Shown: positions 1-7,029 of the stretch, piece by piece | Layout: every line of letters starts with the position of its first letter | Numbering within the stretch: position 1 is the stretch's first letter | Source of the DNA: Candidatus Wukongarchaeum yapensis | GTDB lineage: Archaea; Asgardarchaeota; Wukongarchaeia; Wukongarchaeales; Wukongarchaeaceae | Assembly: GCA_016840425.1 (NCBI GenBank) | Contig: JAEOSI010000047.1 | Coordinates: forward strand, 1 to 12,022 | Direction of reading: 5' to 3' | Length of the DNA: 12,022 nucleotides | Position numbers and translations under genes: made by a program | Notes under the pieces: model-generated | Databases searched by the model: none | What the model was told of the DNA's origin: nothing | The model's input: the letters and a program-made list of their open reading frames with translations, nothing else

Positions 1-474
1 TTCTTTTAGAACCCTTTTTAAGAGTTCGTTGTTTGTTGTCGTCGTAAAGACTCTTGGTTTTCTTGTAAGGGGTATTCCTATGGCGAAGCCTCCGAGAGTC
101 CATATTTCTTTTACCTTATATTTTTGGGCTAGTTCTATGATTTTTCTTGATAACTCGTACTGGCCTTCTACAGTTTGGCATTGTGCGTCTCCTGTGATGA
201 CCAAAAAGTCTCTCTTTTGGTTTCCGGCGTCAAAGCTCTTTACATGATGGATTTGTAGTCTTGGTAGTCTAAGGATGCCGTTTTCTACAAATACGTGATG
301 GGGTAGGGTTGGTCCCAATATTTCGGCTATCAGCTGGGATTCGCCTTGGCTTATCAGATGATCTGCTGCTATTTTGCCGACTAAGGCGCATCCTGGTAGT
401 CCGCTTATCATTACGGGAAAGTCTAGAGTTTCTGGATCAATGTCGTTGACTATCTTTACAACCAGCTCTTTCAA
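1..474 (-). CDS. PAC2-family proteasome assembly chaperone (archaeal COG2047/TIGR00162-like), 5' part; truncated by window edge
   Basis: Not in the ORF track because it has no stop inside the window. Manual translation of the minus strand: MKELVVKIVNDIDPETLDFPVMISGLPGCALVGKIAADHLISQ...ILGPTLPHHVFVENGILRLPRLQIH...DFLVITGDAQCQTVEGQYELSRKIIELAQKYKVKEIWTLGGFAIG. The GLPGxxxVGKIAADHL, GDxQ and TLGG blocks are PAC2 hallmarks. Start is TTG at 474 (or GTG at 477), downstream of SD GAGGAG (486-481); an in-frame TAA at 537-535 bounds the ORF. Confidence 0.9.
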   Translation of the reverse strand, partial: MKELVVKIVNDIDPETLDFPVMISGLPGCALVGKIAADHLISQGESQLIAEILGPTLPHHVFVENGILRLPRLQIHHVKSFDAGNQKRDFLVITGDAQCQTVEGQYELSRKIIELAQKYKVKEIWTLGGFAIGIPLTRKPRVFTTTTNNELLKRVLKE

Positions 475-855
475 CACGTTCTCCTCTTTAAAAGCTATTA
501 TTTTCAGTCCTTTAATAGGGTTAATTTCTAAATTTTATAAATTATTTTTTGTTTGACCTTAATACATCTTTTTCTTATTTCTCTTAGTTTTTTTTTCCTT
601 ATTTTTATTGTTTCAAATCTTTTCTTTTTTTATGTTTGTTTTTTTGGGTTTCATGGTTCAAATAGTTATCCTTTAAAAGAGTAAATGTTTTGAAAAGGTT
701 TTAAGTTATTTTATAATGGGTCGTTTAAGGTTGGAATTAAATGGATTGAGAACAACAAACATAAAAACCATGAAAGTTAAGTTTTCCAATTGCTAAAATT
801 GTTTGCTTGTCTGGCTTTTAATTTCATGTTTTTTTTCTCGTCTTAAGGAGTAGAG

Positions 856-2070
856 TTGGAAATGTCTGGTTTAAACAATGATAACGAGGGTAATGGTGAT
901 AATGAGGAGTTTGTGGTAACGCCTTGGGAAGTTCGCGGAAAAATTGATTATGATATGCTTGTTGAAAGGTTTGGCACTCAGCGTGTTGATGATTCTTTGT
1001 TAGGGATGATAGAATCCCGGGTGGGCGAGTTGCACCTGCAACTTCGTCGGGGAATTGTTTATTCGCACCGCGATTTTGATTTGATTCTTAAAAGGTTTGA
1101 TGAAGGAGAAAAGTTTGCCCTCTACACTGGTAGAGGTCCTTCAGGCGGTGTTCATTTAGGTCACATGCTCCCTTGGTTTTTCACCAAGTGGTTACAAGAC
1201 AATTTTGATGCAGATCTCTATTTTCAGATGACTGACGACGAGAAGTTTTTGTTTAACCCAGATCTCACACTGGAAGACACTCAAAAGTTTTCTTTGGATA
1301 ACGCTTTAGACGTTATGGCTGTAGGTTTAAACCCGAAAAAAACATTTATAATGATCGATACACGGTGCTCCAGAACCCTTTATAATCTTGGTATAAAGTT
1401 TTCTAAACATGTCACATTCTCAACTGCGAAAGCCGTTTTTGGTTTTAAAAACTCTGATAATATCGGCATGATCTTTTTCCCTACAATCCAGGCCATGCCT
1501 TGTTTTTTGCCCTCGTTGGTTGAAGGGAAAAATGTCCCCGTATTGATTCCAGCTTCTATCGATCAAGATCCATACTGGAGAGTTACACGCGATGTAGCCC
1601 CCAAAATAGGCTTTTATAAACCCTCTCAACTTCATGGCAAATTGCTTCCTGGGCTTTCTGCTTCGGGGAAAATGTCTGCTTCACAACCTGAAACTGCGAT
1701 TTTCACCAAAGATTCGCCTGAAGAAGCTAGAAAGAAAATATGGCGTGCTTTTACTGGCGGGAGAGTCACGATAGAAGAGCAAAGAAAATACGGGGCTAAT
1801 CCTGATATTTGCGCAGTTTTCGCCTATTATTACTTCCTCTTTGAGGAAGATGATGAAGCCCTTAAAGAGCGAGAAAGAAGGTGTAAGACGGGCGATCTTT
1901 TATGCGGCGATTGCAAAAACGATCTAATCGAAAGAATAGTAAAATTTTTGCGTGAGCATCAAAAGAAAAGAGAGAAAATGAAAGACATACTAGACCAAGT
2001 TTTGATCGATGATAGTTTCTTTGATTCTCGTATAAAAAGTGCCGCAGAAAGAGGCTTTCCCGATGGTTAG
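856..2070 (+). CDS. trpS: Tryptophanyl-tRNA synthetase, archaeal/eukaryotic type
   Basis: TPWEV N-terminal motif, YTGRGPS, HLGH (HIGH), IDQDPYW, GKMSAS (KMSKS) and C-terminal LLCGDCK. SD AAGGAG at 845-850 precedes TTG 856; alternative ATG at 862. Confidence 0.98.
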   Translation: MEMSGLNNDNEGNGDNEEFVVTPWEVRGKIDYDMLVERFGTQRVDDSLLGMIESRVGELHLQLRRGIVYSHRDFDLILKRFDEGEKFALYTGRGPSGGVHLGHMLPWFFTKWLQDNFDADLYFQMTDDEKFLFNPDLTLEDTQKFSLDNALDVMAVGLNPKKTFIMIDTRCSRTLYNLGIKFSKHVTFSTAKAVFGFKNSDNIGMIFFPTIQAMPCFLPSLVEGKNVPVLIPASIDQDPYWRVTRDVAPKIGFYKPSQLHGKLLPGLSASGKMSASQPETAIFTKDSPEEARKKIWRAFTGGRVTIEEQRKYGANPDICAVFAYYYFLFEEDDEALKERERRCKTGDLLCGDCKNDLIERIVKFLREHQKKREKMKDILDQVLIDDSFFDSRIKSAAERGFPDG

Positions 2071-5000
2071 TGCCGATACCTTTATGAGCAAGCATAGAGG
2101 CTTTTTCGACTTTGATTCTTTTAATGAGGTTCAGCTATCTGTTTTTGATTCGGCTTTTAACACTGATGATAACGTGATAGTGGCAGCTCCTACAGGCGCG
2201 GGGAAAACTGTAATAGCGGAGTTAGCGATGTTGAGGGAGTTTAGTGAGGAAAAGGTTCGGGATAGAGGTTTTAGAGGTAAATGTTTATACCTTACACCTT
2301 TTCGAGCACTCAGCTATGAAAAAGAAAAAGATTGGGTAATGAGGTTTGGTAGAAAAGGTTTTAGTGTCTTGGTTTCTACTGGTGAGCGTGAAATTACCCC
2401 TAGGGAAGGGGAAAAAGCGGACATCATCATAAGTACCGTAGAGAAATGGGATTCGATCACGAGAAAGTGGCGGCAACCTAGAAACCGTTTTGCAACCGAA
2501 GTCACTCTTGTAATCATAGATGAAGTGCATTTGTTGGATGAGGATAGGCGGGGTGCTACCCTTGAAGTTTTGATCTCTCGTTTGAAGAAGATCGCTGAGG
2601 AACAGGGCAGAAGGTTGCGCGTAATTGCTCTGTCCGCGACTATGCCTAATTTCAAAGAGATAGCTGAATGGCTTGAAGCCAAACCTAACAGCACTTACTT
2701 TTTTGACGAGTCTTTTCGCCCCGTGAAGCTTTATGCAGATGTATGGTATTATAAGCCTGCTGATAACCCTTTCTACGATAAGTATAGGCGCTTATATAAG
2801 GTTCTCGATCTAGCTTCTAGACATCTTAATGAAGGAGAGTCTGTTTTGGTCTTTGTTTCAAGCCGCTCTGACACCGTTTTGGCTGCTAAAAAAGTGTCTG
2901 AAATTTGGGCGGAACACGGTTTTCCTTTTATTACGAGCAAAGATAGAGAAAAGCTTGCTGATCTCGCTCAGAGGGTAACTAATCCGAGGTTAAAAGCTGT
3001 TTTGCCTTCTGGGGTTGCTTTCCATAACGCTGGTCTAAAGATCAATGATAGGCAACTTATTGAAAAAGCTTTCAGGGAAAAAACCGTGAAGCTCTTATTT
3101 TCAACAAGCACGCTTTCTTGGGGCGTTAATCTACCTGCCAAATGCGTGATCATTCGGGATGTAACGGTTTACGACTCAATCGTAGGGGAAAAAGAAATTT
3201 CTCCCATAGACTTGATACAAATGCTAGGCAGAGCTGGTCGCCCAGGGGAAACTGATGAAGGATACGCTTGGATCATTATCGATAAGGAGAAAGCTCCCAC
3301 TTATAGGAAGTTGATAACTGAAGGAAAAGCGATAGAATCACGCTTATTAGAATCATTAGCAGAGCATATCAACGCGGAGATACAGCTCGGCACGATTAAG
3401 GCGTTGAAAGATTTAGAAACATGGATTCAAGACACATTTCTCTTTATTCGAGCGAAGCATAATCCGGAGCTTTACGGTTCTATAAACATTAAAAGTGAAG
3501 CTTTAAAAGCCTTAAACAGTCTCATAGAGGATCAATTCGTTGAGAAAAGTGAGGATGGAGTTTTCAGTTCCACGCCTTTAGGTCAACTTACCTCCATTTT
3601 TTACATGCGGTTAGAAACCGCGAAGCTTTTTCATAAAAATTGCATAGACGGCGTTTTAAAAAGCGACGATGATCTCCTCTGCACCGTTGCTATGGCTAAA
3701 GAATTTTCAGACGCGGTGCTAAGACGCGGCGAAAAAAAATACTTTAAAGAATTTTTAGAAAAAGTCTCTTCCAGTCTATTCAAAGGTTTATCTTCTGGAA
3801 ACAAAAAAGTGCTTGGAATCTTTCTTTCACTTTTATCCCGCCAATTATGGGAAGGGTTTCGCAGCGATGCTTACGTCTTAAAGAATAATGGGACAAGATT
3901 GCTCCACGCTTTATCCAGCTTTATTGGAGAATTCATGCAAGATCAAAAAATTGAGCTTCGCGCAAGAATCCTTTCCATACGCCTTAAACATGAAGCTCCA
4001 GAAGCTTTAGCTTTCCTACTACAAGTAGCCGGTATCGGTTACAAAGGTGCAACAATACTTGCTTCAAAAGGAATAACTCAACCTAACCAACTCATTTCCC
4101 AAGTCTCAGAAAAAGGATTGGATTGGCTATTATCGCTGGGTTTGAGGAGGATTAACGCGGAACGCGTAGTGTCATTCGCAAAGAAAGCCGCTTTAATAGA
4201 AGTTGAATGGGTAAAAGTGCCCGAAAAACTGCCTGAAGGCGAGAACACGAATTTCGAATTCAAAATCAAATGTCTTAACGGTTACCCAAAACTCGGAATT
4301 ACTGCCTCCCTCAACGATAAAACCTTAATCCGCCAAACTATGCGCCTCAAAAAGGGCGATACTTATACTTTACCTTTCGGAATATCTGTTCCAAAAGGTG
4401 TTTATTTAATAACAGCCAAAGTCGACATCTTCGTCCAAGATGCGCAGTTCTCCTATCCTATAACGAGCCAAAAAGTTATCGAGGTTCAAAAGCCTCCAAA
4501 AGCACCGTCTAAACCAATTTTCAAAGAAACACAAACAAAAGCACCTTCCAACGCCGAAAAAACGGTTTTCAAAACCGCTGAAGAAGTGCTAAAACCGCCT
4601 GAAGAAAAACCATCAGAACAATCCATAATAGCTGTAGGAGCCACCTCCTACTCTGTAAAAGATGCCAACATAAACATAAAATGGCCGGAGGCCCTCGTAA
4701 TAATCTCACCACATCAAGGTGGAAAAATCAAAATAATTAACCTGCAAACAATGGAAGAAATAAGCAACGAAATGAATTTTAGTGAAAGCGAAATAGAAGT
4801 CTCCGGTTCTAATGTTGAAGGAAAACTAATGACAAAGGCTGGAGAAGCAATACTCACCATCGCTTCAGAAACCGTTATGCGAGCAAAACCAGAGTACGAT
4901 GAAAAAATAACAAAAACCGCGCTCATTCAAGCCTTAACGCCTCTAAAACAAGAAGTAATCCAATTTGAAGAAAAAAAACCATCTTTTTTCGCGTGCAAAT

Positions 5001-5431
5001 GCGGCGGTCATCTCATTGAAAACAAAACACAAAACGCGATGTTAATCCAATGCGATCACTGTAAAGCCGAATATAAACTTCCGCGAAAGGCCTCTATTAC
5101 CAACGAAAAATGCAATAAATGCGGACTTCCTAAAGCTAGATTACCATACGTATACGACCTCTTAATATGCATTGATAGATCATGCGAAAGCATGGACGAA
5201 ATCATAAAGAACAAGTTCGAATCAGAAGGCTGGAAGTGCACGGAATGCGGCAGTCCCTTGATAGTTATTCGGAGAAAAGGACTCGTTGTCGGTTGCTCGA
5301 ACTATTACAAAGGATGCAAAACTGCATATAAGTTTCCAGATGGCGTTATCATAGGTAAATGTGAAAGATGCGGTTTACCGAAATTTAAACTTAAAACAAA
5401 AACCCGCTGCTTGAACTCAAAATGTGTTTAG
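2063..5431 (+). CDS. Ski2-like SF2 (DEVH) helicase of Mer3/HFM1/Brr2-like type, with Sec63-like region and four C-terminal C4 zinc ribbons
   Basis: APTGAGKT (2186-2209), TPFRALSYEK, EKWDSITRKW, DEVH (2519-2530), SAT, LVFVSSR, STSTLSWGVNLP, QMLGRAGRP, EHINAEIQLGTI, HhH-like VAGIGYKGA, beta-rich region about 4200-4490, and 8 Cys pairs at 4994-5425. Start placed at ATG 2063 (GAGG at 2051-2054, 8-nt overlap with trpS) rather than GTG 2039. Confidence 0.93.
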   Translation: MVSADTFMSKHRGFFDFDSFNEVQLSVFDSAFNTDDNVIVAAPTGAGKTVIAELAMLREFSEEKVRDRGFRGKCLYLTPFRALSYEKEKDWVMRFGRKGFSVLVSTGEREITPREGEKADIIISTVEKWDSITRKWRQPRNRFATEVTLVIIDEVHLLDEDRRGATLEVLISRLKKIAEEQGRRLRVIALSATMPNFKEIAEWLEAKPNSTYFFDESFRPVKLYADVWYYKPADNPFYDKYRRLYKVLDLASRHLNEGESVLVFVSSRSDTVLAAKKVSEIWAEHGFPFITSKDREKLADLAQRVTNPRLKAVLPSGVAFHNAGLKINDRQLIEKAFREKTVKLLFSTSTLSWGVNLPAKCVIIRDVTVYDSIVGEKEISPIDLIQMLGRAGRPGETDEGYAWIIIDKEKAPTYRKLITEGKAIESRLLESLAEHINAEIQLGTIKALKDLETWIQDTFLFIRAKHNPELYGSINIKSEALKALNSLIEDQFVEKSEDGVFSSTPLGQLTSIFYMRLETAKLFHKNCIDGVLKSDDDLLCTVAMAKEFSDAVLRRGEKKYFKEFLEKVSSSLFKGLSSGNKKVLGIFLSLLSRQLWEGFRSDAYVLKNNGTRLLHALSSFIGEFMQDQKIELRARILSIRLKHEAPEALAFLLQVAGIGYKGATILASKGITQPNQLISQVSEKGLDWLLSLGLRRINAERVVSFAKKAALIEVEWVKVPEKLPEGENTNFEFKIKCLNGYPKLGITASLNDKTLIRQTMRLKKGDTYTLPFGISVPKGVYLITAKVDIFVQDAQFSYPITSQKVIEVQKPPKAPSKPIFKETQTKAPSNAEKTVFKTAEEVLKPPEEKPSEQSIIAVGATSYSVKDANINIKWPEALVIISPHQGGKIKIINLQTMEEISNEMNFSESEIEVSGSNVEGKLMTKAGEAILTIASETVMRAKPEYDEKITKTALIQALTPLKQEVIQFEEKKPSFFACKCGGHLIENKTQNAMLIQCDHCKAEYKLPRKASITNEKCNKCGLPKARLPYVYDLLICIDRSCESMDEIIKNKFESEGWKCTECGSPLIVIRRKGLVVGCSNYYKGCKTAYKFPDGVIIGKCERCGLPKFKLKTKTRCLNSKCV

Positions 5432-5501
5432 AACCCGCAAATACCCCCGCATTTTATGATTATTTAACCGTCTACTGGAAGTTTGTATCATTCAGGTGAG
5501 T

Positions 5502-5585
5502 ATGAGGGTGATATTGGTTTTTTTAGTCTTAGTTTTTTCTAGGTTTGTAATGTTTTTCCTTGCCTTTATCTTTCATTTAATTTGA
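5502..5585 (+). CDS. Possible small hydrophobic protein (25-27 aa)
   Basis: MRVILVFLVLVFSRFVMFFLAFIFHLI*. SD-like AGGTGA at 5494-5499 lies 8 nt before in-frame GTG 5508; the stop abuts the SD of the next gene. T-rich DNA gives hydrophobic ORFs by chance, so support is weak. Confidence 0.25.
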   Translation: MRVILVFLVLVFSRFVMFFLAFIFHLI

Positions 5586-5595
5586 CGGTGATTTT

Positions 5596-5997
5596 TTGGT
5601 TAAAATAGAAAGCGAACAAGAGTTTTTTCATAAGTGTACAAAGTGCGAAACTGTTTTTTCTTCAAATTTTGAAGACCTTATTTCTGGATGTCCTATCTGT
5701 AAAAATATGCTGTTTAAGCTAATCATCAAGAAAAACCCCGCGGATAACTCCAAAAGGGTAGAGGATAAAGTAAATCATGAGAAGAAATCTGAAAACAATG
5801 CCCAAAATTTTGAGAAAAAGAAAGAAGTGAAACGGGGAGAAGAAGCGGTTAAAGAAGCATGCGAGGTTGAAGGGATAAAAGTTCTCGAACCAGGTGTTTA
5901 TCTTTTGGATATCAATAAGTTGGTAACGGAAGAAACAATAGTCTTGGAGGAAAAAGAGGGAGTGTTTAGAATAGCGATTCCCTACGCAAAAAAATAG
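5596..5997 (+). CDS. Zn-ribbon protein, DUF2072 (OapC/ArvC-like) family
   Basis: N-terminal HKCTKC-x14-CPIC, a charged variable linker, and C-terminal VEGIKVLEPGVYLLDINKLVTEETIVLEEKEGVFRIAIP, matching the recalled DUF2072 pattern (ESIRIxxPGxYELNL...EEGxYxI). TTG start with SD GGTGA at 5587-5591. Confidence 0.85.
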   Translation: MVKIESEQEFFHKCTKCETVFSSNFEDLISGCPICKNMLFKLIIKKNPADNSKRVEDKVNHEKKSENNAQNFEKKKEVKRGEEAVKEACEVEGIKVLEPGVYLLDINKLVTEETIVLEEKEGVFRIAIPYAKK

Positions 5998-6009
5998 TTT
6001 TAATCACAA

Positions 6010-6171
6010 ATGATCAAAAATTTAAACGGTAAAAAGGTTGAAACCGGTTATGGGATTCATAATCGCAATCAAAATTTTGATCATTTCGTAAAAATCGCTG
6101 AAAAATACGGATTTAAACTTATTGACCAGAAAGTAAATGACAAAATATTTTATATTCGGCTAAAGAAATGA
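6010..6171 (+). CDS. Small orphan ORF (53 aa), possibly a C-terminal remnant of a larger protein
   Basis: MIKNLNGKKVETGYGIHNRNQNFDHFVKIAEKYGFKLIDQKVNDKIFYIRLKK*. Protein-like helix-GF-strand-strand pattern; starts 12 nt after the DUF2072 stop; in-frame TAA at 6001; no clear SD. Confidence 0.4.
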   Translation: MIKNLNGKKVETGYGIHNRNQNFDHFVKIAEKYGFKLIDQKVNDKIFYIRLKK

Positions 6172-6285
6172 TGAATCAAACTCCGATTTCCATATTATGT
6201 CGTATTTTGTGAAATTGAATAAGATGAATAGGAGTTCTGCTGTCGCTTCGAATTTCAAAAAATTTTAAATCAGTGAAAAGGTAAG

Positions 6286-6326
6286 TTTTATTATAAACCC
6301 TTAAAGTCTTTAAAGGGATTAAGGGT
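6286..6326 (+). promoter_or_regulatory. TATA-like box followed by nested inverted repeats upstream of the HD gene
   Basis: TTTTATTATAAA (6286-6297) preceded by purine-rich GAAAAGG; ACCCTTAA (6297-6304) / TTAAGGGT (6319-6326) inverted repeat; TTAAAG-T-CTTTAA palindrome (6301-6313). Confidence 0.35.
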
Positions 6327-6356
6327 GATTTTTTCATTTTTTTTGAGGATATTACA

Positions 6357-6953
6357 TTGACAAAATCTGGAAAGGAGACCCGGAGTATACCCAACTACTC
6401 AGAAGCTCTTACTCTTCTTCATGTTTTAAGAGTTCCATGGAATGTTATAAAACATTCGATTTTAGTCGCTAGTTTTGCTAAGAGAATAGTTGAGTCTTTA
6501 AAAAATGATAATTCAATTGATGAGAATCTTGTTTTTGCGGGTGCTTTGCTTCATGATGTGGGAAGAACAAAGAGTCATGGGGCAGACCATGGAATTATAG
6601 GAAGAAAAATATTGTTAAGTTTAGGTTTTCCTGATCGCCTTGCTCGTGTATGTGAAACTCACACGATTTTTTCTGTAGAAGATGAAGAAACTTCAAACAT
6701 GTTAGGTATACCTGTAGGAGAATATTTACCAAAAACCCTTGAAGAAAAGATCATAGCCTACTCTGATAAAAGAATACATGGCGAAAGAATACTTTCATCG
6801 GTTGAAGAGCGGTATGAGTACTGGTTTAAAAGATTCGGCGAACAAAAGGTTCTTGTTAAAGGGTTAAAAATTTGCAAAGAGATAGAAAAAGAATTAGCCG
6901 TCCTTGCTGGACAAAAAAAACAGTTATTCGTAGGAAAAGTAAGATGGGCATGA
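6357..6953 (+). CDS. HD/HDIG-domain metal-dependent phosphohydrolase (archaeal TIGR00295-like)
   Basis: HSILVA...ALLHDVGRT...HGIIG...ETH...YSDKRI metal-binding motifs; TTG start with SD GAGG at 6345-6348. Confidence 0.9.
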   Translation: MTKSGKETRSIPNYSEALTLLHVLRVPWNVIKHSILVASFAKRIVESLKNDNSIDENLVFAGALLHDVGRTKSHGADHGIIGRKILLSLGFPDRLARVCETHTIFSVEDEETSNMLGIPVGEYLPKTLEEKIIAYSDKRIHGERILSSVEERYEYWFKRFGEQKVLVKGLKICKEIEKELAVLAGQKKQLFVGKVRWA

Positions 6954-7029
6954 AAAATTCTTTTTATTAAAAATAAGTAAAGAGTTATCTTTAAATTAGT
7001 AAAATATTTTATAAAAATGGGTATCCCAA

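Noticed and set aside
29-556. Plus-strand track ORFs 29-247 and 374-556
   Set aside because: Shadow ORFs antisense to the PAC2 gene, with no recognisable motifs.
541-655. Long T/pyrimidine-rich tract; Lys-rich mini-ORF on the minus strand (MKPKKTNIKKEKI*)
   Set aside because: Low-complexity intergenic DNA; the 13-aa ORF has no supporting signal and no repeat unit was found.
716-796. 26-aa ORF upstream of trpS as a possible Trp attenuation leader
   Set aside because: It contains no Trp codons, and no terminator/antiterminator or T-box structure was seen.
862-909. Asn/Asp/Glu/Gly-rich N-terminal extension of TrpRS
   Set aside because: Short low-complexity tail with no regular tandem repeat; variable N-termini are common in this family.
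1420-5241. Minus-strand track ORFs antisense to trpS and the helicase
   Set aside because: All overlap well-supported genes on the opposite strand and show no protein motifs.
5468-5485. TCTACTGGAAG as a possible ORB origin box near the OapC-like gene
   Set aside because: Only a partial match to the TCCAxTGGAAA-type core, with no G-string, no repeats and no orc1/cdc6 in the window.
6176-6394. 72-aa minus-strand track ORF
   Set aside because: Overlaps the HD gene start and its putative promoter; no motif or SD.
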